Shown: piece after piece, positions 11,563-58,854 of the stretch
How the letters are laid out: each line of letters starts with the position of its first letter
Position numbering within the stretch: position 1 is the stretch's first letter
NCBI GenBank assembly: GCA_002269645.1
Contig: NIVC01000169.1
Location: 372,001 to 436,000 of the forward strand
Length of the DNA: 64,000 bases
Direction of reading: 5' to 3'
Source: Macrostomum lignano
Lineage: Eukaryota
The notes under the pieces: generated by a model
The model's database searches: none
Told to the model about the DNA's origin: nothing
What the model saw: the letters and a program-made list of their open reading frames with translations, nothing else
Program-made: the position numbers and the translations under genes

Positions 11563-12507
11563 GTAAGTTAGTTATTATAATTTTATGATGAAAGCTGTAA
11601 TATTTTATTTCATAGCTAATGTCTTTAAATAAATAAAACATTTGTTAATCATTTTTGGTAATCTGCAGGACAAAGCTATGGATTTCACATCAAACTAGGG
11701 GAGTTATGCAAGTTGCCAGCTGTTCAACAAATACCTTGACAGCACAGCTGCAGTCAGTAAGTAAGCTTATTAATAATGTATTTGCAGTGTATTATACAAG
11801 CTTTTGCCCTTATAATATGAAACATTTATTTTGATATTACATAACAATCCTTACAGATTATGTATAGATGGTTCATATTTCGAATAAAGATGGCTGCTAA
11901 TTCGCATATTTACTGATTTAGGGACTGAAGCATTGACTGTACTTTTAGGAAGTGTCCCATTTAGCACTAGTTGTAATTATCTCAAGCAATTTTTTAAAAA
12001 TCTGTTTATTTCTTCTAGTAGCCACTTACTACTTTACTTAGTAATATATAAGCGTGTAATCATCACTTTCTTTAGAGTCAATCAGAGCAGCAGCATCGCG
12101 AAGTTGACGATCTCATTGCCAGAATGCAGGTGCAGCTGAAAGGCCACGATCCAGCCGTGATGGACAGCTACGAGAAGTTTGTCTGCATGGTTAGCCAGGA
12201 GCTCAGCCTGCCGATGCGAGTCGAGGACCGCAATAGGCCTCATTTTGTCCGCCTGACGCTGAACCGGTCGCCGTTCATTCACAAGAAGCACATGCGTCAG
12301 TATGAGTTTAGAACCTATTGCAAGACGCTTCACTTCAGCAAGCTGACAGGCAGTACTGCCAGCGTATTTCTCGAGTACATTCAGCGCAATCTGCCCGAGG
12401 GCATGGCTATGCAGGTGCGCAAAGAACGATTAGAACCGTTGACTGAATTTCTGCACAAACTTAATGGCGAAGATGCCGTCGCTCCTACTGATAGTAGTAA
12501 CAACTAA
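11510..12507 (+). CDS. MRPS10: Mitochondrial ribosomal protein S10 (uS10m); join(11510..11562,11669..11756,12076..12507), 190 aa
   Basis: Exon 3 reads [33 protein letters not shown]...[25 protein letters not shown]...[25 protein letters not shown], matching the uS10m family (human VKGHDKAVLDSYEYF...[25 protein letters not shown]). GTAAGT donors at 11563 and 11757 and AG acceptors at 11668 and 12075 give consistent phases (2, 0). Exons 1-2 encode a presequence-like N-terminus. Confidence 0.92.
11669..11756 (+). CDS. MRPS10: MRPS10 coding exon 2
   Basis: ctgcag acceptor, open frame TKLWISHQTRGVMQVASCSTNTLTAQLQS, gtaagt donor. Confidence 0.72.
12076..12507 (+). CDS. MRPS10: MRPS10 coding exon 3 (Ribosomal_S10 domain)
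   Basis: tttag acceptor at 12075, in frame with ORF 12124..12507, uS10m motifs present. Confidence 0.93.
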   Translation, partial: [143 protein letters not shown]

Positions 12508-12930
12508 CACTGCTTTTTTCTATAAATACCTGCCCGTCTTTAAATAGAAACTGTTTGTTCGCAGTGCAAGTTTGCCTGTTTGCATTATCTGAAATGAAAA
12601 AATGACCCTGATCGGTTTTTAGACTTTCAAAAACGGAAGTCAAAGGACTGCGCCGCAGGTCATCCCAAAACGACACAAAAGCCTTGAGATTCAAGAATGT
12701 CTATGGCGTCAAAAGCCATCTCCTAACTCTTCTAAGTCACTACAGCAAGTGCCCAGTATGGCCTTCTGTGCAGGCCGTGACTGATTTTCATGATGAAGAA
12801 GTTCATCATCTATTTCTATATGTTTTGACTCCAATTATAAAGGTGAAATAAGCATGTACAGTGGAATTACGTGGTGATGCACAAATGTACGATCTTATTA
12901 AGTGTAGCTTACTTTAATCTCCTACCTAAT

Positions 12931-13255
12931 TTACGCTCGTAGTATAACTAGTGTTAAAAAAATACAAAAGTGTAACCGGTTCCAAACAAAACAAGGACAT
13001 GAAAATAAAAGTGTAGCAAGTTCAAGTCGCGAGACTTGACCGGAGCAAAATACTGTCTTCTTAGCTGGAACGTCAGATTTCAAAGAGCACATTCGGCATC
13101 GTTTGCTTGGGCGAGCCTGGCCTTCCGTTGCTGGGAGTCTCATTGGTGAATGAATTGGACGGTTAGACGATGATGCGTCTTCCGAATCGGAATCGGGTCC
13201 CAGTCTGCGCTAGGCGTCACTTTAGTTTTCTTTTTCGGGCGCGTAGAAGCCATTT
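12931..13255 (-). pseudogene. piggyBac-like deletion derivative: acidic N-terminus fused to a C-terminal Cys-rich domain
   Basis: ATG GCT TCT ACG CGC CCG (MASTRPKKK..) then, after a -1 shift, DSDSEDAS..HSPMRLPATEGQARPSKRCRMCS..KKTVFC..CPCF, which resembles the piggyBac CRD (HxP..RPxRRCxxC..KxTxxxC..PCF). No catalytic core; TIRs not identified. Confidence 0.5.
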
Positions 13256-14202
13256 GTGAGTAAGGCAGGTTTAAACGGAAACTAGCAGAAAAACCTCTAT
13301 GGTATACTTCACTTCTGGGCTTTTAGGAAGTCCTGATGAGATTGCACCTGATTCAGCAAATAAGACAAATTTGTCTATGGCCTGCTCTGCAGGCCTTTGG
13401 GCTTTTAAGCGATCCAAGCTTGGGCTGATTAGATTTAATCAAGTTGGAAAAATAAAAAATGGCTTGTCTGCGTTTAAATGCTTAGGCACAGCCTGTACAG
13501 CACAACAGCAATTGTTCAGTGATCTGTTTATTATATATAGACAATCAACCTTTAATCAGTAACCTTTTTAAATCGACAAAATTCATAAGTTCAATACAAA
13601 ATTACGTACCTGGCAGAGAAAAAAAACAGAATGCTAAAGAGTGATTGACACCTACACAACAAAACCTAGTGAGCAACTATAGCAACAATATTACAGTGCC
13701 GTTGATGCGCTGTTTTGTGTTTTTGGATCGTTATAAAGTTGTTTCATACCTGCACAAAAATTATAACCAGAGCAGTGTACTACGTGAATCAATAAGAGCA
13801 TTTGAAATTTATATAAATGCGGTGGTTCCATACGGTAAATTTACTTTATTTAGTAGGCAATAAATACTTGATTAAGTCCGGTGGTGATAAGTGCTTGACC
13901 AAACTTGACAAGTTACTTTTATCGCGTTGTCGCATTGAATGAATTAAAAATGCGCGCTCGAATCCAGCTCTGGTGGTTAAAGCAGAACTTGACTATTTCG
14001 ACATAAAATTCATTTGCCATCAAATTGGTCACCAAATTACTCCATCAACGTACAAAGCGACTATAAACATACGAGCTAAATCCTTCTACTTTAGAAGCCC
14101 TTGGCTGATAATCCATGATTAGACTATCCTCTGACAAATGAAATAAGCAAAAGGGGTATTACAGTGTAAATTCTAAAGGCTGGCAATGAAATCCAATGTA
14201 TT

Positions 14203-21415
<7,213 letters not shown>

Positions 21416-23103
21416 TTATAGTTATGAAAGCAATTTAATACCAAACTTTTTTGCAATCTCGTCATTTAAAGGTTCAACTTCGAGCTAGCGTACTTAAAAT
21501 GAATTTCCTCAAAATTAGACATGGATGCAGAGGAGTCTATAAAATATTAGGCTAAAGTATTTCATCAAAAACATAAAACCTCCAATTCATCTAATGTTTT
21601 TTTTCAGTTGAAAGAACTTAAATGATTTAAGAAGTACAAATTAAAGAAATATTTTGCATATAAAACCAGACTGACGACAAACCTAATGAAGAATGGCACT
21701 ATGACTTCATAACTTGTTTTAAAGGTCGTTTAGATTATTATATAAGTACAGCACAGGTTACAGACACATTCTAAATTTATATTAGTGCTTATGGCGTAAA
21801 CTTTAACAGTGTAGAATTTTCCACAGAATTGTCTTTTTGCAGGATTGAGTTCAGACCTGCAATTGAAGTGTTTCAAACATTTTTATTTCAAAATACTTTT
21901 ACTTTACATTTTCTCTATTAATCAATGCATTAGGACGTTGTTTAACAAAATACAATCAATATCAAAAGCAGTATAGGCGCTAAGCGCAATGGAATTTTTA
22001 CTCGTATCTTGGAAAATGGAGCAAATTGAAACTCTCAGACTCTTTCTACAACCGATAGTTAAAAACGGATTAAACATAAAAAATTAAGGAAAGATATTTT
22101 TCATTTTTCTAAATATTCTCTTACTCAAAATATAGACTTGAATATTTTTAGTGGATTAAAACTTTGTTTCGACGTGCCAACGCGAGCTATACATTTAAAC
22201 TGTCTTTCAAAGAAGCAATAACTAAATTTCTTGCAAGTCAGCAATAAATCAGTATGACACGACTATATCACTTATGCCTAGCACTAGACCCACTGCACTT
22301 AACAGTCAAAAAATGAAATTTTTATGTTTGTATGATATAGGATATTGGCAGCATTTGACTGATTTCTCTGTGTATTTTCTAGCTTCGTAAGTAGCGTTTA
22401 GCGCAATAAATTATGGTAAAAGTACCCTCTCGGCCTCTCGGCTTCTCTTAGTCTTTATGACATAATTCAATTTGATTTTGTTGACGCAACACAATGTGAG
22501 GCGTTGATATAACGTCGATTAGTAGTACGAGCTATCAGGCGCGGTGGAAGAAAAAAATAATAGGGTAGCAACACATGGGCAAGGATATTTTTGGATGGAG
22601 AACCCTTTCGCTTTCTGGTACTCGTACATAGTGATAGTTACATTCTGTTCTGCTATGAGATAGTTATTGATGTCATAATTGTCTTTAAAATATTAGGAAG
22701 GCAATGCCTCCCAACAAAATTATTGGATAAGCAATTGCTTACCCTGTCCCTGCCCTACCCCTAGCTCTGCTGCGCTTATGAGCAACTTAATTTTTTGCTG
22801 TTATACCTTGCTCTGACTCTGTCATTGTGTCAAGAGTAGGCCTATTATACTGTCTAGCTGCTATTTCTATATAAATATTAAAAAAGAATTTTTAATATTT
22901 TTACTACTGAAATTTATTTAAAACTATTTAAAATAAATATGCTTCGGCATAAAATATTTCTAAAATTTTTTAACTATTAAATAATTTCATTGGACCTATT
23001 TGTAATACATAGCTTACATTTACGACTTAATTGTGATAAACTGGTGCCAATGGCACTTAAAAGAGATAAGAGCCTTTATATTTTGTTGTATCTTTTCCTA
23101 CTT

Positions 23104-23504
23104 GGCAGTTGTTATTTATCCGGTTACTGGATCCTGACCATGCTTTCCTATTCATCCGGTTAATACCAGACAAATAGACATTTTGTTATTTGTCTGGTTA
23201 AATTGATAATTCTAAAATATCTAGTTCATAAAACCACAAGGGTAAATATATTCAAAGACTTCTTACTCGTATCTTGATTATTATATTGTTATACTAGTGT
23301 GTGTCTTATACACCAAATTATGCCGAATTGAATAATATACTGCTTTGCTTAACGCTATACAAGAAAATATTAATCAGTATACGAGAATAAGTCTTAAAAT
23401 CTAGAATATTCATCACAAAACAAATAAGATATTTGTGTTAGCAATTTAACCGGACAAATAGCAAAAAGGCTATTTGTCCGGTCATTGGACAAATAACAAC
23501 TGCC
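23104..23504. mobile_element. MULE-type foldback MITE
   Basis: Long imperfect inverted arms starting ggcagttgttattt, internal ccggacaaatagc/gctatttgtccgg hairpin, perfect 9-bp TSD ttcctactt (23095-23103, 23505-23513). Confidence 0.8.
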
Positions 23505-24227
23505 TTCCTACTTTGCCATGCTTCTTTCTAATACTAGACCTCTCTGCCTTGTTGCATCTTTATTATACAATGCCATTCTATACTATACCACTAGGCTATA
23601 ATACTATAATAGTCAGGAAAATGGTCTTTTTCATAGAAAATTCCAGTGCAAAAGGGGTTGGACATGTGCTATGCTAGCACATTCTGGCACAACAGCAGTC
23701 AAAGGAGAAAAATCTGGCACAGGCCATAGTATGGCGTAAGACAAAAAAATTGGCACTATTTGGTGCAAGACTAAAACTTCCAATGAGACAATATTTTCTC
23801 TGACAAAAAGTTAGCATATAATTTCTTTTTATTAGCACTTTTTGTTTGCTAATGTATTGATAGTTTTTTTAATTAATTTAAGTTAATATCGCGGATTCAA
23901 ATATAAGTTTTATTAGTATTGTTCAAACAGAAATGATTGATTTTTGCATTTTTTCAAAAAGTTGCAGTATATAGCATAAGCAAACTTTTTTTAATAGGAA
24001 TAGTTCTGCTGCATGCTGCAATCAAACTTTTTTTAATAGAATTTGTTCTAGCGCAAGCATGGTATGATCTTGACTATAGGGCTGCAATAAATGCCAGCCA
24101 CTAAAATGTCTAATGGGTTATCATTGGATTCTTAGATATGTATAATTAAGCTAATCAAGAATCAAAACTTTGTTATGCAATTGCTTAAAATGAATCTTAT
24201 TTTTTACTTTGGTATATATTAGCTTAA

Positions 24228-26155
24228 CCATTCATTTTCCAGTGGCAGCTCTGCTGCCACTAGCTCACCCCAACTCCTTCCCGTGATTACAGAATTTCTG
24301 TGTCTATGGCAAACAGACTTCCTATCCCACCACCCCTTTAGTCTCCCGCAGTCAACAGTAGAGCTGCTGCAAAAAATGTTTTGTTAATTGGAAATTAAAC
24401 ATAACAAAGAGTTGGTTTTAGAATCATATGACTTTTATTTAATTTAACAATCTTAGATATAACAAGACAAGTAGTATATATATACTATTAGAAAGCCAGC
24501 ATAGAAAACAACATAACTGTATAAAAGGCAGCATTTTCAGAAGTAGAGATAAAACAGCATGACAGTATAGAAAACAGCATCATTACAAGTAGAGAGAAAA
24601 CAGCATGACAGTAAAGAAAACAGCATCATTACAAATAGAGTGACAACAGTATAGAAAGCAATATAAAAATACTCGTAGGCGACAAAGGAAGCTAATCATA
24701 TGAATAACACAGTGTCAAGCAGCTTGTTCCAGCATAATCCATCAGCATTTGCTTTTAGTTTTGGGCCTCGTGCCATGTTCTGAATGGCTAGACAATACAG
24801 CTTGATGCCAAGCTTTGCCTTTTTGTTGGGCATGTACTGAAGAAAGTGGAGCCCACCTTTGTAAAGTAGCAATGACTCGTCAACAGAAATATGTTGATGT
24901 GGTATATACTTATTTTGACAGATAGACTGGACTTTGTTCAAAATGATCAGCTTTGTTCATCTCCGTGCAATCATAGCAGCAAAACCAGGTCATGATGAGC
25001 TGAAACCTGTTACGCGACAGACATGACTCATGGTGGAAGAAATCCTGATGGTACATTATATCGGTTGACAAATACATGCTAATATCTGGCTTCTGTACTA
25101 CTCCCATGTGCAACAGAATTCCGATAAGCTTCTTCATTTTATTCAGGTTGCATGGCTTCCAATTTAGGAGCTTCCATGGCAGCTCTCCCTTTTCTTGTTG
25201 AATTTGTGTGACAGTTCTGTCTGCTCTGGCGCTTATCCAGTTGCACAAACTTTGCAGCAGACTGTTGGGAAGAAACTGACCAAGGATGGCAGCCACACCT
25301 TTTTCAATGTTGTCCAGCACAAGAAAATCCGGATGCAGACCAGGCAAGCCAAGAAACTTGGGAAGTGGGTTGGGCTGATGATCTATTTCCGGAGTGGTAT
25401 CATGCAATGCTGTCTGGCAGATTCACAATCTGGATCTCCTCAAGGTCACTCTGCTCATCAGAGGAGCCTCCACTGGTACTAGATGCAGTCACATATGATT
25501 TGTCATCTGAGTTGCTATCCAAGCCCAAATTTTGAAGGGTTGGATTGCCAGTTTGCATTGTAGAATATTGTTTGAAAAATTATATTTGTGGGGAATTGAT
25601 AAAAAATATTTTTTATTGGTTTATACTCATTTCACAGGAGAAGAAAATATATGCAATACTGTATTGCATTCATCCCTTCGAAAAACCAAATCTTATTGTC
25701 TATGGCAATCACTTATGTAGAAATGTCTATGCTTGCAATACTTGTCTCATCTCTTTATACTATGCATAATAAATAAGATGGATATACAAAGCAATATCTG
25801 TTTATGGCAAAAAGTGACTTCAGTTTGTCTATGTAAAGCTCTCACACCAGTCCCGGGCTGCTTCTGGAAGCATGGCTATTTTTAGTAGGCTCTGACCCAA
25901 CCTACTGGCCATAAGACAGCAGGTGTAGTTAGAATTATAATGCAAGCAACTTCTACCAATATTTTCACCCCATCATACTACTTCCTACTGATGTATAGTA
26001 ATGTTTCAATATTTATTTTTTGACAGCAAGTTATGGGAGGGAGTGGGGGTGAAATAATTTTCTAGCAGAAGTTTTAAATCTATTTAAATCTATGGCAGCA
26101 GAGCTTCTACAGGAGGCTATGGGGGTAAGCAAAAATAGACGCGGGAGGCTAATGG
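24228..26155 (-). mobile_element. piggyBac (PGBD4-like) transposon, internally deleted/pseudogenised
   Basis: TTAA TSDs at 24224-27 and 26156-59, CCATT termini, shared subterminal agctctgctgcca. Fragments WKPCNLNKMKKLIGILLHMG..LSRNRFQLI (24910-25407) and HISVDESLLLYKG.LHFLQYMPNKKAKLGIKLYCL (24696-24941) match DDE_Tnp_1_7. Confidence 0.9.
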
Positions 26156-26985
26156 TTAATCATGATCTAGACTATGGTTATTTCTAGGGAGATTCATAGC
26201 CTAGTGGTTTAGTATAGTACTCTTACTCTTATTGACCAATGGCCCAAGGTGTGATTCCAAGTATAATAATTTATTTAGTGCTGAATTGGAACCTATTGCT
26301 TGGTGCAATAAATCCTTTAAGGGCTAATTGCCTAAGAAAAGTATATAAGGGCTAAAATGCCTATAAATAAATGAAATTAAAACTGCTATATATTCACTCT
26401 TATGTGTGTATATGCTTGCTCAGGAGAGTTGGCAAAATGGGCAGGCATAAACTGTTTATAGAATTTATATTGCTTAAAGTGTGCCATGATGTATAAAGCC
26501 CCTTAACATCTAACCAAATTGGCATTACTAATATGATTGCAAGTCCATAGTAGAGTTCTAGCTATTAGGTATTTTCATATATAACCATTATTGTCATATT
26601 TAACCACCATGAACCCTAGACTAGTATAATCAGACTAGATTGTCTAGACCGTTATTTAATTACTCCAGTATATATTAATATGCATAAAATGATATACATA
26701 TGTAAGGCATTGTGTTTATGTCAAATACCAACTGTGCATTTTCCCATAGTTTTGATAAACAACTAGCAATATTATAGCATATAAACATGCAAGACTACAT
26801 GAGATTTTTTGACAAAAAATGCTTCATTGCCTACTTACAGAAGTAGTGCACTTTGTTTCATTTGTCTAGATATTTTCGCTAAATTTACTCTTACTGGAGA
26901 CGACACAAGCCTTTTAAAAGCAGCAATTGCAAGGGCCAGTTGCACTTACATATTCAGCCATTTGAATAGTCAATACAGAGCCAGC

Positions 26986-53407
<26,422 letters not shown>

Positions 53408-53557
53408 AGCTCTGGCGCTGCTGGCTTGAGGCGGTGGTGGTGGTGGCGGCAGTCTGTAGCTATATATAGTCCTATTGTCTATACCATTTTTATTATCATA
53501 CTGAGTAGCATATTGACATCGGAGAGTAGTGAAACGCTTCCAGTCCGATAGTTTAGC

Positions 53558-53717
53558 TTTTGACCATAGACAAAATGGCCGACTGTAGTCTATGGCCAAG
53601 AGCCAACCTCCTCCCTCCTCAGGCTGGCATTCTACGCTCGTATGTTCACGCTCGATATTAATCTCTCTAATCCTATAGGAGACTTAAGCGTTAGAGTCGA
53701 TTAGTCTATGGTCAAAA
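53558..53717. mobile_element. 160-bp inverted-repeat element (MITE-like) in the FNDC3 3' region
   Basis: Perfect 14-bp TIR ttttgaccatagac / gtctatggtcaaaa; no clear TSD. Confidence 0.55.
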
Positions 53718-54174
53718 CCTATCCGGGAGCAATTTGCATGCTCCTGTTAACGGTGAGAGCCTGAGTAAATTATGCAACAATAATACGCGGTGGTTTTGGT
53801 CCTGTTTTAATCATTATTTTTAATCAACTGCGTTATTTATAGATTGAAATTATAATTGAGTTAAAGTGTAGCAAAATAAATATTTTATTTGTTTTGTTTT
53901 GACTGCGGGAGTCCTTATGTTTGTGCCTATATTTTTTGAGTGTTTAAATCTCTGATTATTAATTTCTGTGTGACTTTGTGCTAAGCTTTACTATGCTCTG
54001 CTGATTTCACTTTGTCTGCTTTTGGCGATGAAGCTTTATGAAATATTATTTATTGTAATTCTGCCTGTCTTAATGCGTTTTTTTCTGCGTCTGCTTTTGC
54101 CTTTGTTTTATAGTGCTATTGTCTTATTTAATGTGCATCCATTGCAATCATTGAAATGGGTTTCCGCATCCTAT

Positions 54175-54665
54175 TCCCTTTCCACTAATCATGTTCCGCA
54201 TCTCGTTTTCCATTCCCCTAATCAGGTTCCGCATCCCGTTCGCCTTTCCCTAATCAGGTTCCGCATCCCGTTCGCCTTTCCCTAATCAGGTTCCGCATCC
54301 CGTTCCCCTTCCCCTAATCAGGTTCCGCATCCCGTTTTCCATTCCCCTAATCAGGTTCCGCATCCCGTTCGCCTTTCCCTAATCAGGTTCCGCATCCCGT
54401 TCGCCTTTCCCTAATCAGGTTCCGCATCCCGTTCGCCTTTCCCTAATCAGGTTCCGCATCCCGTTCGCCTTTCCCTAATCAGGTTCCGCATCCCGTTCCC
54501 CTTCCCCTAATCAGGTTCCGCATCCCGTTTTCCATTCCCCTAATCAGGTTCCGCATCCCATTCCCATTCCCCTAATCAGGTTCCGCATCCCGTTTTCCAT
54601 TCCCCTAATCAGGTTCCGCATCCCGTTTTCCATTCCCCTAATCAGGTTCCGCATCCCATTTCCCC
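54175..54665. repeat. 32/33-bp minisatellite (ccctaatcaggttccgcatcccgttcgccttt) x ~15
   Basis: Direct reading. Confidence 0.96.
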
Positions 54666-55169
54666 CTGCCCAATTAGTTTTTCCAACCCTCTGTAAAATC
54701 CCATTCTTCATGCCTTTTATAAGTTATTCCCAGACTCCATTCTTCACGCACTGCACATTGTTCCTGGTCTGGTCCCTGTATTTAATTTCTCAAAGCTTGA
54801 AAAGGCTAGGATGGCGGTTTTGTTATCTATAATCAGATAAAAATGCCAGATTTTTGTTGATGCCGCTGTCTGTGCGGTATTGCCTGCAGCGCTATTTTGT
54901 TTCTGTGTCTTATCTTGTGTATTTTTATTTGTTTTCCAGCAATTCCTTTCAAGACTGGTGTTCTACTATGACGGGCTTTGCTTGCTGTAAATTTTGCTTT
55001 CTTGCTCTTTGCCAGTAGAACCTTTTTTCTGTCCTGATTGGTTCCGTGTTTCGAAGATTACTTTTCTTTCATTATATGCCACTGTGCTAAACTGCTAACT
55101 GATAATCCGTTGATATTTCTGCTGTCTGCAAATCCTTGCGCTCGTTATCTCATTTCGTTTACTAATTCT

Positions 55170-56280
55170 CATCCCCTCCCTGCTCCTCATCCCCTCCCTG
55201 CTCCTCATCCCCTCCCTGCTCCTCATCCCCTCACTGCTCCTCATCCCCTTCCTGCTCCTCATCCACTCCCTGCTCCTCATCCCCTTCCTGCTCCTCATCC
55301 CCTTCCTGCTCCTCATCCCCTCCCTGCTCCTCATCCCCTTCCTGCTCCTCATCCCCTTCCTGCTCCTCATCCTCTCCCTGCTCCTCATCCCCTCCCTGCT
55401 CCTCATCCCCTTCCTGCTCCTCATCCCCTCCCTGCTCCTCATCCTCTCCCTGCTCCTCATCCCCTCACTGCTCCTCATCCCCTCCCTGCTCCTCATCCCC
55501 TTCCTGCTCCTCATCCCCTTCCTGCTCCTCATCCCCTCCCTGCTCCTCATCCCCTCCCTGCTCCTCATCCCCTCCCTGCTCCTCATCCCCTCACTGCTCC
55601 TCATCCTCTCCCTGCTCCTCATCCCCTCACTGCTCCTCATCTCCTCCCTGCTCCTCATCCCCTTCCTGCTCCTCATCCCCTTCCTGCTCCTCATCCCCTC
55701 CCTGCTCCTCATCCCCTTCCTGCTCCTCATCCCCTCCCTGCTCCTCATCCCCTCCCTGCTCCTCATCCTCTCCCTCCTCATCCCCTCATCCCCTCCCTTC
55801 TCCTCATCCCTCCCTGCTCCTCATCCCCTCCCTGCTCCTCATCCTCTCCCTCCTCATCCCCTCATCCCCTCCCTTCTCCTCATCCCTCCCTGCTCCTCAT
55901 CCCCTTCCTGCTCCTCATCCCCTTCCTGCTCCTCATCCCCTTCCTGCTCCTCATCCCCTCCCTGCTCCTCATCCCCTCATCCCCTCCCTTCTCCTCATCC
56001 CTCCCTGCTCCTCATCCCCTTCCTGCTCCTCATCCCCTTCCTGCTCCTCATCCCCTCCCTGCTCCTCATCCCCTCCCTGCTCCTCATCCCCTTCCTGCTC
56101 CTCATCCCCTTCCTGCTCCTCATCCCCTCCCTGCTCCTCATCCCCTTCCTGCTCCTCATCCCCTCCCTGCTCCTCATCCCCTTCCTGCTCCTCATCCCCT
56201 CCCTGCTCCTCATCCCCTTCCTGCTCCTCATCCCCTCCCTGCTCCTCATCCCCTCCCTGCTCCTCATCCCCTCATCCCCT
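55170..56280. repeat. 18-bp pyrimidine-rich minisatellite (cctgctcctcatcccct[c/t]) x ~60
   Basis: Direct reading. Confidence 0.97.
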
Positions 56281-56788
56281 CCCTTCTCTTCACTTCTCTG
56301 CATATTCCGCCAAAAAAATACATTAATAAATTAATTTTATCAAAACTGGCTGCTTTTACTTGTCTCACCGTTTGAGTTAACCGTGATCATTTCTGGTGCG
56401 TTGAGGTCTGCATATACACCACGCATATATACTGGCTATTATTCTTTTTAAATGTCATAACCGCATTCTGTCACTTATTTACTAGTATGTCACGACTGGC
56501 TTATATTGAAAACTGAAATGATAGTTCGTCAATATAAACACTAGAGCAATCTGTACGCCCTGCAGTCTGTTTGCGGTGATAATATAAATATTTATTGTAT
56601 ACCTACTTTGATTGGGTTCCTGTTTTTTGTGGAGCAACTTTGGACTTGACCTCAGTTGCGAAATATGCTCAGAGATTTATTTAGACTTCTGAGAGCAGCT
56701 TATTACAGATCAATTTGGCAGTCAATTTGCGCTGATCCCCGAGCAAGCATACGGGCACTGTTCAGCAGCACTGACTTTCTCAGTGTCT

Positions 56789-57277
56789 TAGGGGTCAGCA
56801 AACTTTTTCTCTTAAGGGCCAGATGACAGAGCAAATTAGGAATAGATGAGAGAGAAGAGAAAAGAGGTGAGAGGCGAGATGAGAGGAAAGAATAGAGGAG
56901 ATGAGAGGGGAGAAGAATGGGGAGGAGAGAGGAGGGAGGAAAGGAGAGGAGAAGAAAGGAGAGGAGAAGAGAGGAAAGGAGATGAGAGGAAAGGAGAGAG
57001 AGGAGAGATGAGAGGAAAGAAGAAAGGAGAGGAGAAAAGAAAGGAAAAGAGAAGAGATATGGTATAAGAGAAAGATGAGAGAGGAGGGAGGGAAAAGGAG
57101 AGAAGATTAAGAGATACGTAAGAGGGGAGAGAGGAGAGAACTGAGAAGAACGGTTAGAAGAGACACACCTTGAGCGGGCCGGATTGCTATTTCATGGGAA
57201 CTTTTAAAGGGCCCGGTGGGTGGATAGAGGCTTCGAGGGCGCATGTGCCCCTCCCGGCCGGAGTAAGCCAACCCCTG
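56789..57277. mobile_element. hAT (Charlie-like) MITE with an internal purine-rich tract
   Basis: Left taggggtcagcaaact...ttaagggccagat, right rc caggggttggcttactccggc, internal gcgggccggat motif; TSD not matched; (GA)-rich tract at 56845-57150. Confidence 0.55.
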
Positions 57278-58854
57278 TTATAGGCAGTGTACACGCTCCG
57301 TCTAAAAGCATTAAAGAGAGGAGAACTGTCACCGATAAACTTGATAAACTTAGAAACTTAGAACGCTAGGAAATCTATTGAATAAAGTACATTTGAGGAC
57401 TGTCAACTGCACCGAATGTTATTCAAGTTAGCTGCAAACTGCCTAAACCAATCAATCTACCAATTGCTAGGTTAGTAACCAATTACTCTTACAAGAAGCT
57501 GCCCCGCCCAATGATCAGTTGGTGTCGCACAGACAGGGGAGGGGAGATAAGAGATAAAACTTCCCAGCTTCATCTTCCCAGCTTCATTAGAAATTCTAAT
57601 GCCCCGCCAGCTGCTCCCATCGGACTGGATGGGAGTTTTCGCCCTCTTATCAATGCTTGCCCAATCCTGGGGCCTTGGCTATCGAGCAGAAGTGAAACTG
57701 GTCCAGTGCCAAGTCGCTTCATCAGCTGTGCCCCCGCCCCGGTTCCTCTAGCCTCGTATATTTTGTTTGTCCTGCTTTCAGTTTTTTCACTGTCCTTCTC
57801 TCCCAGAGCGCAAACTTTGCGGCTCAGCCACTTCTCCGGGCCTCTTGGTGCGGGATAAGCTTATATTGGCCTATATAGTTATTACTTTCTCTGCCAAGGC
57901 TGCTTCTGCATGGTTCTCCTCTTCTGCTCAGTGCATGTTCCTTGGCTATGTCCAATCTCCGAGCCAGGAAGTGTTGCAGAGTTTGTCCATTACTCTGTGC
58001 AGTCAGCATTTCTTTAAAAGAATGAATAAGTATTTTGTTTTTTACTGTAATTTTCAACTTTAGGACTCACCTGGAAATGACGATCTTACAAAAATTACTT
58101 CTCTTTATAAAACTGTGAATGTCGGTCAAATGGATTCCATTAATGTATACGAGTATTATTTATTACCAAAGAATAAGTATTTTGACCATTTTTTGTATTG
58201 TAGAAGTTGGAGCGCTACTTCCCATATCTTCTGTGTCGCTTGGATGGCGAAGCACGAAGATCCAGTTAATCCCCGTATGGGAATCCCACAGCAAGTCCAA
58301 TCAGAAACCAAGCCAAGCAAAAGGATTTATCAATGGCTATATAAGGTTGCGGTTGTATATTTCTCAATAAGGAAAATACTATTTATAGTTAGTGTGTGTT
58401 TACAGCGCTCACAGACTGACAGACTGACAAATCTTTACTGCAAAACATAGTTGAATTTGAATAAGAATAAAATTTTATTACATCTATTACACAAATAAAT
58501 AAGTTCGTATCATTAAATTGTCTTCAACCGAGGACTGACGGATTAAAAAGAGAAAAATTCGCGTAGGAAAGATGCGAAATTATTTTGAACAAAGAAAAAA
58601 ATGATTAAACGATCATAGCTTACAAAGTATACAGTCAGGTGCTAAAACGATTTAGTTTAAAAAAACTGTAAAACTTCGCTTGCGTGCGTTTTATTACTTT
58701 TTATACACCGTGGCGCAACAGTGGTGCAATTGCAGAAGCTTAGGTGTATATTTACTACTGTAAAATAATAGTATCGCTATAATACAGAACGAATCTGTTT
58801 TAATGACAACGGATTTAGGATTGGGTGGGGTTGTTTGTGGGTATAGGCGTGTGA

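Noticed and set aside
54175-54665. CCCTAA in each unit suggesting an interstitial telomeric repeat
   Set aside because: A single hexamer within a 32-bp unit, not tandem (CCCTAA)n.
55038-56375. 445-aa (PAPHPL)n ORF
   Set aside because: 18-bp repeat downstream of the FNDC3 stop; the start is non-ATG, there is no unique domain, and the antisense frames are also open.
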